The position numbers and the translations under genes were made by a program. The notes beneath the pieces were generated by a model. It was not told the DNA's origin, made no database searches, and was given only the letters and a program-made list of their open reading frames with translations. A stretch of 63,701 nucleotides of DNA, the filler included, from Thraustochytrium aureum (taxonomy: Eukaryota): the NCBI GenBank assembly GCA_012862495.1. It is 6 parts of 4 records of this genome, joined end to end, with 100 filler letters (N's around TTAATTAATTAA, not from the genome) between each part and the next. Parts side by side here need not be neighbours in the genome. Positions count along the whole stretch, not along the records: positions 21,512 to 35,849 come from BLSG01000375.1; 5 more parts are not named here. One strand, written 5' to 3'. This document shows, piece after piece, positions 22,466-35,949 of the stretch (the first letter of the stretch is position 1; each line of letters begins with the position of its first letter).

Positions 22466-24691
22466 CTAGCGAGCAGGACCAGCCGACGAGAAGCGCGTCA
22501 GCTCGCACAACCGGGTCATGCGGTGCTGCACGATCGGGTAGTCCCGCGCAAAGCAGTCTGGGTCCTCCGAAAAGGCCACGAATATGGCCCCCACGCTCGC
22601 GCGCAAAGGCTCNNNNNNNNNNNNNNNNNNNNNNNNNNNNNNNNNNNNNNNNNNNNNNNNNNNNNNNNNNNNNNNNNNNNNNNNNNNNNNNNNNNNNNNN
22701 NNNNNNNNNNNNNNNNNNNNNNNNNNNNNNNNNNNNNNNNNNNNNNNNNNNNNNCAAAAGCTGGCCACAAAGAACAAGAACAGTATCTCCGACGTGTTGT
22801 GCGTCGAAGCCGGAAGAAAGGCGAGAGACAAGAGCGCCGTGAGGGACCGAACGTCCACGACCAGCACCGCAGGACGTTTTCCGCCAAGTCACGATCGATC
22901 ACGCCTCGAACACCTTGTTCGCCGATGCGACGCCACGCCTCGTGCGAGGCCGTCATGAACCGCGTCCCGCGCAGAGCGACGCGAGCCCACCCGTACCGAT
23001 TTGCGTTGCTCATCACCCCAGTAGTCACGCGGTGCTGCAGCCGGCGAAGCGAAGTGTCTGTCACTGACAACGAGGACATTCTGCGCTGCGAAAGGCGAGC
23101 AGATCCGCCTGATTGTTCGAGTTCGTGGTCCGCGCGATCGGCGGATTCGTGCACGGGCGTATGCCCGCCTGCAGAGCGCCCAAAGGTGCCCAGAACGGAG
23201 TGGACGAGCGACCTGGCGACCTCGATGATGCCCCACAGCAAACTTGTCGGCCCAATCATCAGACCGCCAGCGCACACCGAACCGAAGCAAACGGTTGAGC
23301 CTCGCCTGAACAGGACTTGTTGCACGTGTGCCGCCGAATTACGGCCGTCGCTTTGAGCGCGACGAGCGCTCTCGGCGGGCCCACCGTGAGCGGCTGCTGA
23401 TGGTGTGGATGGCGCTTCTGGGGTTTCCGTGTCACCCACTTTCTTGCCGGCGAGCAACAGCCGATACACGACCGCCCCGGTCACGTACTGTTGGGCGCGA
23501 GCAGGACGTGGGTCAGTCGTGGCAAGCGAGCGCGCGGACGCGGAAGAGTGCGCGCCGATCAAGGGGCCAACTTACGAAAGACAGAAAGCTGCGCGCCACC
23601 TGAGTGGTCCAAAACAGCGCGAAAAGCAGGAATCCCACCGTCAAAAGCGAAATGTGGTCAGTACCTGCGGCCGCGTCGACGAAAACCCAAGTCCAGACCA
23701 TCAGCCACACGTTGTGAGCGACGAAAAGCGCCCACGTCCGCCGGATCACTGGCGCAAGCTGGTCATCCCGAATAATGAGCTCGCTGGCCATGTCCAGCAC
23801 CACGGCGGCAAAGTTGAGGCTCTCCGAGTTGTTCAGGAGGCGCGAGCTATCGAACAGGACGACAAGCAGCGGAACAAGGCCAAGCAGCACGGTCCAGCCC
23901 TTGAACCATATTGCCGCCGCGAGCGCGCTCAGCGCGACAGCCTCGATCGGTTGGACGAGGCGCAGGTGCTCGAGCGAGAAGGGAGTTGGGAAGTTTGCCT
24001 TGAAGAGGCGGTAGTGCGTGCCGATCATCACCGCATTGGTCACGCCAGAGATGGACAGCCCCGCCACCAGGGCCAGCAAGTAGTGGTGCTTTAGGTCCAC
24101 CGAGTAGGTGGTGAGCCCCAGCAACAGAGTGGCGCCGACGGTAGCAAGGAAGCCCAGCGTGTATTTCCGGTCGCGGAACAGGGTCACGCGCTGCACGAAC
24201 GACAAGGGCGACTCGGACTCCTCAAAATTCCCGGTGATGCGCTTGTACATCCGCTTCGCGCCAGTCCCGGTCTCGCGCAGCGACTCTGCGCCAAGCGGAA
24301 AGAGTTGCGCTTCTTCAGAGCCGAATTCTTCCTCTGCCTCCGCCTCCGCCTCCGGGCCGCCGCCTCGCCTCGCCTCGTCAGGATCACCTCGGCCGCTCTC
24401 GCCGTCCTCGCTGTCGCCGCCACCGCTGCTGCTGCTGTGACGGTCACATTCAGAGCCACTGAGATCCTCCGCGCGCTGCTCAAAGCCCTTTGCTTCGGGG
24501 TCCTCGCCGACGACGGTCTCCCAGTCAGACTCACAGTCTGCGGGCGGCTCGCCTTGGCCGTCGCTATCGGCCTCGCCGAACGAGTCTGCACCGTCCGGAT
24601 ACCCAGCGGTGTCGTACTCGTCCGTCTCACAGCTGCTGGAGACCTTGCCGACAACGCGCGCTGGCGGGCCACCCTCGCCGCGCGGCAGCAT
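22466..24691 (-). CDS. Choline transporter-like (CTL/PNS1, SLC44) membrane protein; intron 23575-23488; gap 22613-22754
   Basis: Acidic N-terminus and multiple TMs; STVCFGSV, NRYGWARVALRGTRFMTASHEAW, AIFVAFSEDP. The GTAAGT...CTGAC...CAACAG intron restores the frame. Confidence 0.75.
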
Positions 24692-26071
24692 GGCGCCTGC
24701 TTACCTCGCGGTCCTGGGCGGCAGGTCCCGGGCGGAGGAGCGGAGCGCGAGCTCTGTGGCCTGGGACGCGGGCGGCCCGCGGGAGCAGAAGCCAGCAGCT
24801 CTTGCGCTTCCTTGCGACGCAGAGAGGTTGGGCGCGGCTGCTGCGAGTCCGCCCTGCTCACGCGCGCTCGGCTCTTCCGGGCAGGCGGGCGACCTGGTGG
24901 GCGAGCGAGCGAGCGACCTGCCTCGCGTCGCGCGGGAAGAAAAGGCGGAAAAGGCGCAGAAGGCGAGTCTCCATTGTACGCGCCTGTAGACGCCAACTAC
25001 GGAAACGGCCCTCGCGCACCGCTATTTCCGTCGCCAGCGACTCTACCCTTGTTAAACGGAAATAGCCGCGAGCCGCGGACATGTCCGTCGTTGACGGATA
25101 TATTTGATTTGGCCCGCTGTTTCGTTTGAACCGCGCACCCTAACCTTTATTTTCGCTCAATAAGGTGTGAAGGTCGGAGGTAATTGAGGGTAGGGCAAGG
25201 GTAGCGCAGCGGATCAGCGCGCCCGAGGNNNNNNNNNNNNNNNNNNNNNNNNNNNNNNNNNNNNNNNNNNNNNNNNNNNNNNNNNNNNNNNNNNNNNNNN
25301 NNNNNNNNNNNNNNNNNNNNNNNNNNNNNNNNNNNNNNNNNNNNNNNNNNNNNNNNNNNNNNNNNNNNNNNNNNNNNNNNNNNNNNNNNNNNNNNNNNNN
25401 NNNNNNNNNNNNNNNNNNNNNNNNNNNNNNNNNNNNNNNNNNNNNNNNNNNNNNNNNNNNNNNNNNNNNNNNNNNNNNNNNNNNNNNNNNNNNNNNNNNN
25501 NNNNNNNNNNNNNNNNNNNNNNNNNNNNNNNNNNNNNNNNNNNNNNNNNNNNNNNNNNNNNNNNNNNNNNNNNNNNNNNNNNNNNNNNNNNNNNNNNNNN
25601 NNNNNNNNNNNNNNNNNNNNNNNNNNNNNNNNNNNNNNNNNNNNNNNNNNNNNNNNNNNNNNNNNNNNNNNNNNNNNNNNNNNNNNNNNNNNNNNNNNNN
25701 NNNNNNNNNNNNNNNNNNNNNNNNNNNNNNNNNNNNNNNNNNNNNNNNNNNNNNNNNNNNNNNNNNNNNNNNNNNNNNNNNNNNNNNNNNNNNNNNNNNN
25801 NNNNNNNNNNNNNNNNNNNNNNNNNNNNNNNNNNNNNNNNNNNNNNNNNNNNNNNNNNNNNNNNNNNNNNNNNNNNNNNNNNNNNNNNNNNNNNNNNNNN
25901 NNNNNNNNNNNNNNNNNNNNNNNNNNNNNNNNNNNNNNNNNNNNNNNNNNNNNNNNNNNNNNNNNNNNNNNNNNNNNNNNNNNNNNNNNNNNNNNNNNNN
26001 NNNNNNNNNNNNNNNNNNNNNNNNNNNNNNNNNNNNNNNNNNNNNNNNNNNNNNNNNNNNNNNNNNNNNNN

Positions 26072-29000
26072 GCCAGCTCGAGGTGGACGACCTCGACGTG
26101 CGGACCAAGGCAGTCGACCTCTTTGGGCGGATCTTTTGCGACGTCAAGCAAGAGCTCTTCCTAGTTGAGAACGAGCGCATCCTCGCGGCCTTCCTGCGGC
26201 GCATCCTGGACGTAAACGCGGACATCCGAGCTTCACTGGTCAAGTTTGCCGGGTTTGCGCTCAACCGCACCGGTGGCCTGGCGTCAAGCGCAGGCCCCCA
26301 AGACGAGGAGGACGAGGCGCCGGATGCACCGGAACCCTTGGACCCGGGCCTGCGCGAGGGCCTCGCAGACGGCCTGCAGGAAAACTGGTGGGCCAAAGCA
26401 CTTTGTGTCGCCCAACTTTCACTCCAAATACGCCAAGACTCTCGCCGGCTTGCCAGATGCTGCGTCGGTTGAGCCAAGCTTCCTCGAGCTCGCTCTCGGC
26501 GACAAGGACGTCGGGGTGCGCCGCGTGGCCGTTGAAGTCGCCGTCGACTTTGTGTCTGGCCCCGACGCGCTGCACTACTTTGACAAGTGCGGAGCTGGCG
26601 ACCACGTCCTTCGCGCCCTAGGGATGCGCCTAGCCGACAAAAAGGTCGACGTGGCTACGAGCGCCCTCGAGGGCCTCGCGCGCTGCTTTGCCAACGGGCT
26701 GGCGTTGCGATTCTGGGCACCGCGCGCAGCGTTGGCGGGGCTGGCCAGCTCTGCCGACGAAACCCGAGCAGGCACTCCAAGCGGCGGGGCCGGCTCGTCA
26801 AGTGAAGGGAGCGGGGCGCTCTCGCAGGACGAACTAACGGACCCCGAGGACGCCGAGGAGGTTTTGTCCAAGCCAGAACGGTTCGCTCAAGCAACGCTCG
26901 AATGGGTCCCAGACGTCATCTTCAAACAAAACATGCAAGCGCGGCCGGGTGACGACGCCACGCTGTTCCGCAGCGTGCTGTGCCACATGCTTGACTCTGT
27001 CATCGTTGGGCCGGCTGGCTCGTCCGAGCAGAAGGCCTACGTGCTGGCTCGGCTCTGGGCAGGATTGAGCGAGCTTGGGCGAAAGGCATTTGCCCGCGTT
27101 TCGATCGAGCAGCGCGCCCGGGTGCGCGCGCAGCTTGCGCAGGTCGTGAGTTTGCACGAGCAGCAGCGCTTGGGGCCGAGCTCTGGGGCGCGCTCCGGCC
27201 GCGCAAGGTCCCTGTTCGGCTCTGCTGCTGCAGGTGCCGAGGAGGCAGACACGGCGACTGCAAGCTCAAGGCCGAACCAAGACAGCCAGCTCGCGTCGAG
27301 GGCCAAGCAGACACTGGCGCGAATCGCCGCGGAAGCGGTTCCCCGCGCGCGCTGCCCCAAAGGGACCGAGCTGCTCGAAGCGCTTTGGGACGTCAAGGAC
27401 AAACACGTCTTTCGTGACATCGCTGTGGTCTGCGACGCCGGATCGAGCCCGAGCAGCGTCGCCAACGCGATCGCAGACTGCTGTAAGCGGTTGGGCAGCA
27501 AGTCGGAGCAGAGCCGCGCGATCCGATTTGTTTTTGCGCGGATGGCGCTCGTCGGGTTTGCCGCTGAGGACCAAGCCGCGCTGTGCGGGCTGGTGTTGCG
27601 TCGCTGGATCCAAGCAGGGAAGGACGATCTCGCGAGGAGCGGCGCTGCGCTCGTGCTCGCAGTAGCCGAGCACCTCGGGGCGGTGGCCGCGACGCGGCCC
27701 GCGGGCGCGTTGGCAGACTCGGCGTGGCTCTTGGATGTTGCCTCTCAGCGCTTTGGCGTTGGCAGCGGCAGCAAAGCCGGCAAGGCCCCGAGGGGAACCA
27801 AGCGGACCTCGCAGCGGTTGTCGGGCGGCGGGTCGGGACGGCCCGCTGCCGAGCGCCTTGAGCAGGACACTGTCCGCGAGCTGTGCGCGGCTGGGTGTAA
27901 ACTCGTGACTGCGGTCGCCGAGTCGCTGGCCGCAGGAGCGGCGGAGGCCGCGGCGGACCGCGCCAAAGACTGCGCGCGAGTGGCTCGCGAAACAGCGGAT
28001 TTGCTCCGGGAGATTTGCGTCCGTGGCCGCGACGTCGATTGCGCTCGGGCTAGTGCCGCGGCGTTCGCAAGTCTCGCCGTGTCGCTCGACGCCCTCGGGC
28101 TGTCGAAAGTTGCGGACGAACTGGACGCCATTTTGGGGCCGCTCATCGCCGCCGTGGTGCAGTCTGCGAAAGACTCGAAAAGGGACGTTGCCTGCGCTTT
28201 CGGGGCGCTGAGTGTGCTGCTCGAGCTTGCTCCTGCAGAGTGCTCCCAGGCGAAAATGGACGTCGACAAGGCCGCGTCTGTCGCGTTTGAGCGCGTCAAG
28301 CGCGCATTCCGGACCGCTGGCCCGCACGACCAGGAGATGAGGGCCAAAGTCCAGGGTGTTGCGCTTGTCTGCAGCGACGTGATTCGCCGGCTGCGGCAGT
28401 GGTCCGACTTTAGCGCCGACGCGCTGTGCGTGCGAAAGTACATACTGCTTTTGCGGCGCCTCGTCGCCGACGGCGGCGACCCGTGGTCGGCAGAGAGCCG
28501 CCGCAGGAGCGAGGTGCAGGCCGAGGCTGCGCGCCGGGAGGTCCGTGATAAGGAGCAAGTCGCGGAGGCAGAGCTCGCTGCTGCTGCGGCTGCTGCTGCA
28601 AGTGCTACTGCGGCTGCTGAGGCTGCCGCTGCTGTCGCTGCTGTCGCCGAGTCTGCAAGCCCCAAAGGTTCCGCTCGCCCTCGTGGGCGGCGCGGCACCG
28701 CACAGCGCCGATCGATGCGGCTGAGCTCGTCCTCCTCCTCGTCCAGTAGTGCCACAAACGCCGAGCAGGACGGCGCCAAGGGCCAAGCCAGCAAGGCCGC
28801 CAGCGGTGGCGAGGCGAATGACATTGGGGTGGCGGCGGAGGATGGGGCGCCGCGAGGGCAGCCATCGCCCGGTCCGAAGGAACAGCAGCTGGTGAATCCG
28901 CCACGGCAAGCGTGGCCGCCCAGAAGCGAAGCCCGCTACGCAGCACTACGGCTTGCTGCAGGGACGGCCCTCGTCAAGATCGAGGCGGCTTGCCCGCGTG

Positions 29001-30136
29001 AATGTCGCGGCGTGCTCGAGGAGGGCCGCGCAGGGGAGGAGGAGCTCCGGCAGATCCAGCGGTGGGTGGAGCTTAGCTGGCTCGCGGTGGACCCAGCGGC
29101 GGAGATCCGCGAGCCCTTCCTCGCGACCATCTACGACCTGTTTGTGAAACGAGGCCGCGAGCTGTTTCGGTACGGCGCGTTTCTGGTTCTTGGCAGCGCT
29201 CAGCAAGACGCCAAGCACCGCGGAGAGTCGTTCAAGAACATGAACCAGCTCTTGACGTTCCTCCACCGCGAGTTTGCCAAGCGCAAGCAGGCGGCGGCGA
29301 ACGTCGGCGCGGAGAGTCAGGCATTTGTGCAGTTTGCGCCAGAGTGCATGGCTTCTTCCGTGCTGTACCTGCTGGCTCACCACCCGGAGCTGCCCGGATC
29401 CAAGGACGCGGCTCAGGCGTACCTCTCGTCGCTGCCGGGGCAGCGCACATTGGTCCGGCCTCTTGTTGTGCTCCTGGACGCGCTGGCAGCGCTGAACAAG
29501 GACCACAGCACGAATGCGGGTCTCCTTTACGCGCAGCTCGAGGTACTGCGGCACAAAGCAGACGCACTGGCCCCGCAGAGCGACAACATCCACATGCTTG
29601 GCGAGGTGTGCCAGATGCTCATCAAGGCTCGTGTCAAGGTGAGCCCTGACTCGCTCGAGCACCCGGGGGAAGTGGTGCTCCCGATGATGTTTGTTGAGCA
29701 GCACCAGCCGAGTCGCCTCGCTGGCGGCTTTCGCGGCGGGTCACCGATGGGGTCGCCCGCAGCGTCGCCAATTGCGCCTCGCCGGCGGCCAGGGGCGGCC
29801 CCTGGCTCGGCGTCTCGTCGCATCGCAGGACCGAGGTCGCCGGCGTGGCGTCGCGACGAGCCCGAGTCGGCGCTGCCGCCGCGCTTTGAGCTGCGCGTTG
29901 GCGCGCACCAAGTGTCGGCCGGGCCGTCTCACCTGCAGCTTGCGCGGGGCTCGACGCCGCGCAGGAAGCGGTCGCGCAAGCTGCAAGTCGGCGCAGCATC
30001 GGAGAGCGCGGAGGCGCCAAAGACGCCGCTGACGCCGTCGCGCCGCCAGCCGGGCCGCTCGTCGAAGCGCACCGTGGCTGGCTTTGCTGGCTACAAGGAA
30101 ATTGACTCTGACATGAGCGAGGCCGAGAGCTCGTAG
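26072..30136 (+). CDS. PDS5-like cohesin-associated HEAT-repeat protein, partial (5' end in gap; frameshift ~26382)
   Basis: DVRTKAVDLFGRIF...AFLRRILDVNADIR, LGDKDVGVRRVAV, LGMRLADKKVDVATSALEGLAR, LEWVPDVIF, APECMASSVLYLLAHHPE, and a basic low-complexity tail. Confidence 0.75.
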
Positions 30137-30302
30137 CTCGGGGCCAAAGGCGCGAAACAGCGCTCGCGCCAGGCTACCCTGCACAAAGCAAGGCCCAGCA
30201 TCAACACAAACAGCAAGAAAACGAAACAAAATCAAATTCAAATCCTCTGTCACAAGCAAAAACCGCAGCTGAGACACCATCGGCTGGATCACAATGCTAT
30301 AG

Positions 30303-31188
30303 CTACAATTTGGGGGTGGTCAAGGCAGCGGCGCGAGGATCCGCGCGCGGTCGAGCCCCGCGCCGGGGCTGTGCTCCAGCGGGCGCCGTGGCGGCTTGGC
30401 CGCTCACAACGCAGGTCAGGTGGCCTGGCTTGACAAATTTGTTCCACAGAGCCGATCAGGCGGTCGCCAACGCGGCGCACGGCGCCCAGGCCGGAGATTT
30501 CGTCAAGGGCGACGTTGCGTTCTACGGCCACCGCCCCGACCTCCTCGACTGCGCGGAGCCCGGCCACGCGACGCAGTGCGGGGTTGTCCAGAATCCGTAC
30601 CTCGCCGGCCACCTTCCGGAGGCTGCCAAAGCCTGTGATGGACTCTAGCACTGGGTTCGAGTGCACAAAAAGGTCGCCGCCGATTGATTCGAGCCTTTCT
30701 GGTCCTCGCAGGACGACCAGCTCGTTGGTGAAGGACACCTCGAAGTCGCCATCGACAGTCTCCAGCGCTTGGAGGCCTTGCAATCCGTGGAACGCGCCGG
30801 TGAGCTTGATCGCGCCGGCGCGTGTCAGAAGGGGGAGTGTTGGGAGCACGACTTCGGCTCCGAGCGGAGCCGCGCTGGGCAGACCGTCCCCGGTGCCGAG
30901 CTTGGCGTCCACGACCAGCGACCCGGATACCTCTGCGCAGCCCGCGGCAAACTCGGCCAGCGTGCTAATAGCCGGCTCGCCCGACTCTGCTAGCCGCCGG
31001 CCGCGCACTCCATGAAACGCGAGCGCAAAGCTGCCGTTGCAAGCGAACGGCAAGACCAGCTTTTCCACCGCCCCGGGCGCTTCCTCCGCAGCCTCCGCCT
31101 CGCCCCGAGACGTCACCGCCGCGTCCGCCGCGTCCCCGTGGGCCTCGACCAGCACCGCCGCGACCAGCGCCGACGCCAACCAGCGCAT
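30303..31188 (-). CDS. Secreted/surface receptor-L-domain (LRR-like) protein; probable frameshift ~30453
   Basis: Signal peptide MRWLASALVAAVLVEAHG; CAEVSGSLVV; repeated LxxIGGDLxVxxNPxLxxIxGFxxL units. Confidence 0.7.
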
Positions 31189-31342
31189 CGCGCCGCCCGC
31201 CGCCCGCCACGCACCACCGCCGGGACCAGCTCGCCCGCCACACCAGCGCGTCGCACAATACCCGAGCACCAACTGCAGCTCCTGCAGCACCAGCTCCTGG
31301 TTGTCAACAGCGTTCAACGTCGCCGTCGCTGTCGTTCGTTGT

Positions 31343-31384
31343 CGATCGATCGATCGATGGATCGATGGATGGATGGATGGATGT
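31343..31384. repeat. (GATC)n/(GATG)n compound microsatellite
   Basis: Seen directly. Confidence 0.8.
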
Positions 31385-33791
31385 CTTCGTCGTCGCCGTC
31401 GTCGTTGTCGATGGCAACGTCGTTGTCGCGGCCGTGCAGCTGCTGCGATGCCAGCTTGTATTCGTTGGAGGTCTGTCTGTCTCTGTGCGCCGTCTCCTTC
31501 TGTGCTCTCCTCCTCTGTGCCTCCTGACGATCGATCAATCAGTCGATCAATCAATCATGTGCCGAGGTCGCCAGATTGACCTCACTGCACTGGCAGNNNN
31601 NNNNNNNNNNNNNNNNAGTAGAGTACTTAGCTCACCACGGATGACATCCGGTGTCTCGGACCTCCTCTTGCATGGCGGTCGCCAAACCGGCGCTCCGAGT
31701 CGCGAAAGCAGAGACAGAGACAGAGAGACAGGACAGGCCGAACCAACCGGAGAGAAACGGGAGGACAACGTGGCTCCTCAGGCTGTCATCAACCAACCAA
31801 CCAGTACTCTGTCTGCTTCAGCCGCTCCGAGTCTGCGCGGATCGTGAGAGCGGCCGCGGCTCTGGACGCTCAGCTGAATGAATTGCGCCAGGCTCGGCGC
31901 TGGCGTTGGACACTGGCGAGAGCGCACGGGTTTTCTTGAGTGAAGTTTGCTCTGTTTTTTTTAAAAATTAATCTCTCCGATTGGGGCGTCGAAAGGCTCC
32001 GGCCGAGGCTCGCTGTGTGGCTTTGTGAAGCTCCTTTTGTTCTCTTAGGGAATCTTTCGCGAATCTGACTGAGGGGAGAGGTTTGGCCGTGAGAGCGGGG
32101 GTTCAGTGTGGCTGGCTAGAACAGAATTCAGCTGGCTTGCTGGAAGCGTTGGAGGCAAGCGAGTGGGCCGCGACTGGCGCGGCTCGGGGCTGCCGCAGCA
32201 GCTGCCTCATGCCAGCTGACGCGTTCGTCGGGGTTGTTTTTCAATTGAATGTCGCAAATCGTGCGCTGCAACTTGCAAGCCATCCAGGCCATTCTTCTTG
32301 GCGAGTCCGCCCGGTGGTGTGAACTTTATCCAACCTCAGGTGCGGGCGAGGCGGGGAAAAAGCGCGTCGGGGTGTCCGAAGCGCTGCGACACATTGCGAG
32401 TGCATTGCAGAGCGGGCGCTCGAGACGCGCGTTTTGTTCCAACGAAAGCGCGACCGCACAGACAATGCAGCGCGCCCTGCGTCCTGCGAAATCGCTTTCC
32501 GTACGGAGCGTCTATCGTGCGTTTTTTTCGCAACGCGCGCGAAAACGCGCGCTCTCTAGATTTTGTGAGCGCCGCTTTCTTGCCAAACCCTCGCCGTTCG
32601 CTTGTGGACGAGTGAGAACGGGACAACGGGCGGAACGGTCGTCGACGTCGACATTGCCGTGAGGCTGTGCCTCGCTGGGCCGCCGCAAGGCCTTTGCCGC
32701 TCTGACTTGCGCAAAACCCTAGTACCTTCCATGCCCCTCCCCTGCGCACAACGGACCTAGCTACGCGGAAAGCTCGCGAGCCCGGCCGACCCGTGCGTGG
32801 CCGGCCGTCCCGTGCGTGGCCGGCCGACCCGTCGCCACTCGGTTGGCCAAGACACAGCCGTCGCCGTCAAGTCACCCAGCTCGTTCTTACAAAGTGCAGC
32901 AGCGTCGCTGCTCGCTGCGAGCGCCTCGCGCGGCAGGTCGATTCGAGCAGCAACAGCACGCATGGCCAAGGCCAGCCAGGACCCTCGCGCTCGGCGTCGC
33001 AAGCCCGAACGGACACATGAGTCCTACCAGGCGCTCCCAGCGAACGAACACGGGCGAGCGCCGCCGGGAAAGAACACGGCCTTCTTCGTCGTGAGCGCTT
33101 GTGCACAGCAGCAGAACTTCGGGCACGAGCCCAAATTGGGCAGCTGGTGTGCACAACGCCAGGACAGTACTCTACTCTACCAAACCTGCCCATAAGCCTG
33201 CTCAAGCCACCTGATGACAACAGGATTGCTCTGCAGCGGCGCGCTCTGAAATGCCCTGAAAGTGCCACGAGTCCAGAGCCCGATCGCAGCCGAGGTACTC
33301 ACTCCAGGTGGAGTAGTCCTCCTCGTGCCTTTGGCTTCGGCGCCGCAGCAGCGAAAGGCAGGACTGCGCTCGCCCCAGAGCAGCCTCCGGGCATCGATAG
33401 CAGTCACCTGGCAGTGCGGCCGGCCATCGGGCGGGCAGAGCAGCCGTCGCGCAGAGCTGCCTCGGGCGCAGCCAGCCAGCCAGCTCACCGGCCAGCCAAC
33501 GAGCCAGTCAACCAGCTTGCTGGCCTGCGCAACTTGCCTGGGTCGAGGCCGAGGCGCCGAGCTCGAGCTCGGCAAGCGCCTGCGGAGGGCGCGCTTGGCG
33601 AGGCGCTGCAGACTTGGGCGGCCAGTGCCGAGTCACATCGGCGGCGCGCCGGGCCGGGAGGCAGCTGAGCGGGAAGCCGCGGACGGCGACAGGGAAGCGA
33701 GGGCAGTCTGGGTCCTGCAAGGAAGCAGGTGTTGAGAAGGCTCGCAAGAGCGCCCGCGCTGCTTCCCAGGGTGTTCGAGCAGCGCGCGTTG

Positions 33792-33793
<2 letters not shown>

Positions 33794-33858
<65 letters not shown>

Positions 33859-33881
33859 TGCCTGCCTGCCTGCCTGCCTGC
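33794..33881. repeat. Compound microsatellite (CAGC)n(CTGC)n immediately upstream of the LEA_2 gene start
   Basis: About 16 CCAG units followed by about 6 CCTG units, seen directly. Confidence 0.95.
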
Positions 33882-33913
33882 CGTCACTCGCGCGAGCGCC
33901 AGGATCACGCGCG

Positions 33914-35304
33914 ATGGCGCAGACCCCCCCAATCACCTCCGTCGGCCCGCTGCAGCTCGGGTCCCGGGGACGCAGCGGAAATGTTTGGAGGAGGCTTGGC
34001 GTCTCGTCCATTTCGTCAAGGTTTTCGAGCCTCTCGTTCTTTGCAAACTACCGCGACTCTGGCGGCTTTGAGACCGAAGAGCGGCCCCCAATCGGCGAGG
34101 GCGGCATCGCGCCGCGCCACTCGCCCAGTCTGCCGCCGCGCAAAGACGGCCGCAGATTTGGAGACGACGGCTCGGAGTTTGGCCACGGCGACGCGTTTGC
34201 GCCCAACATGGAGAGCGGCCCTGCCCAGAGGCCAAGGGGAAACGGGGACGGGCTGCAGTACAGCAAACCAGTGCTGTTCTCCGAGCGGTTTTCTGGCATC
34301 TTTCGACGCGCCAACAGGCTTTCGACGCTGATCGGCGGCGTTCTCGGGCCCGTCAAGGCCGTGGATGCCGAGGTTAGGCCCGAGCCCGGCCCCCGCCCAG
34401 AGGCATTGAGCCCCTCCAGCAGCGGCATCTACCACAACGGTGGTGGCGCGAGAACGCCGCAGACGGGCAACTTGACGCCGATGCGGACCCCCCGACGCAT
34501 GATGAACATGGACATGCACTCGCCCGGGGCTGCAGGCCAATTCGTTACCGTAGACATGGACAGCTCGAACCCGCGGTTCATGCAGCAGCAGCCCGGATCG
34601 CCACACGACACGCCTCCCGACGCTCAAGGAAAGGGTCTTCACCTTCTTCGAGAGCAGAGCGGGCCGAGCGTTCGTGGCTGCCTTGCTCGTGCTGGTCGTG
34701 ATCATCATCATTGTGGCGATAGCTGTGCGGCCGTCCCCGACTATCGTCGTGCGCGGTCTGGATGAAGACGAGGCCACAGGGTCGATCCGCTTCCTCAGCA
34801 GCGGAATCGTGGACGGCTCGGTCGACCTCATGATCGAGAACTCGAACAACTCGCGTGTGGTCATCCGCGCCGTTGACGGCACGGTGCGGTACGCGGGACG
34901 CAGTTTTGGGCGTGTCCAGCTTGGTGGCCCTGCGGTGGAGGTCCCTGAGAGCACCGCGTTTTTGCTCAGCCTTGCTCTCGAGACCAGCTTTACAGACCTC
35001 AGCGACGGCCAGGCGTTTTCGCGAAGAATAGCCGATGATTGCCTAGAGCTCAAGGATGGGGTTCCGGACGCAAGCGTGCGCTTGGTGCTATCGACCGCCA
35101 TCACGATAGGTGCCAACGAGCCTGAAGTTATTGAGATCGCAACAGTTGTTGGTTGCGACANNNNNNNNNNNNNNNNNNNNNNNNNNNNNNNNNNNNNNNN
35201 NNNNNNNNNNNNNNNNNNNNNNNNNNNNNNNNATTGAGATCGCAACAGTTGTTGGTTGCGACATGTCGACAATCCAGCCGGTCGATGGCGTCACAGGCGG
35301 GTGA
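33914..35304 (+). CDS. Type II membrane protein with a C-terminal LEA_2-like domain; frameshift ~34616
   Basis: Disordered N-terminus, single TM (AALLVLVVIIIIVAIAV), then RPSPTIVV...LMIENSNNSRVVIRAVDGTVRYAGRSFG, matching the LEA_2 N.N motif. Confidence 0.6.
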
Positions 35305-35397
35305 CGTGTCGCGCGCGGCGGGTTTCGATGAAGGGGGCGGTAGGGTGCTTTGAAGTTGGCCGCAGGAGGCAGCGCGCGGCTCTGATCGCCCCGCCCC

Positions 35398-35449
35398 CCT
35401 CCCTTTCGAGCTAGCCTCCCTTTCGAGCTAGCCTCCCTATCGAGCTAGC
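35398..35449. repeat. 17-bp tandem repeat x3 (CCTCCCTTTCGAGCTAG)
   Basis: Seen directly, with one mismatch in copy 3. Confidence 0.85.
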
Positions 35450-35849
35450 CGCCAGCTGGCCGGAGCACGAGGGACCAAGTAGCTCGGAACAGAACGCTTT
35501 GTTTATTGACTATGAATTGCGCCGTTGCAGACCAGTTCAGGGCGTCCTGGCCTGCCTGCTCGACAGCGGGGGCCTGAAAGCAGCGCGGCACTGCCATGGC
35601 GGCGGCGTTTCTCTGCTGGCACGAGCGTTACAGTCCGACGCGAGGCTCCAGCGCGTCTTGAGCACGCCAGAGCTCTGCCCTTGGCTCGGACACCGCGCGC
35701 GAGGCGCAAGGCAAGCTGGGCGGGCACCAAGCACAACTAGGCTAATTTCGGTCCTTCATTACCGAGAATAAAGCTCACTTTTGCTCAAAGTGCATGCGCG
35801 AAATGAGATCCGCCAGCGTCGGCGCGATGGACATGACCTCGAGCGTCGT

Positions 35850-35949
35850 NNNNNNNNNNNNNNNNNNNNNNNNNNNNNNNNNNNNNNNNNNNNTTAATTA
35901 ATTAANNNNNNNNNNNNNNNNNNNNNNNNNNNNNNNNNNNNNNNNNNNN
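35850..35949. other. Artificial scaffold-joining linker
   Basis: TTAATTAATTAA at 35894-35905 within N runs. Confidence 0.95.

Noticed and set aside
27266..28909. Long antisense and alternative-frame ORFs (e.g. 27266-28909, 2563-3771, 44731-45912)
   Set aside because: These are shadows of real genes in high-GC DNA with strong codon bias and have no recognisable motifs.
31617..33790. Possible gene or mobile element in the long intergenic stretch
   Set aside because: No coherent protein motif, terminal repeats or target-site duplication that I could support.
35130..35263. 31-bp direct repeat ATTGAGATCGCAACAGTTGTTGGTTGCGACA flanking an N gap (repeat-spacer-like)
   Set aside because: These are unmerged overlapping contig ends. 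Collapsing them gives a continuous LEA_2 C-terminus.
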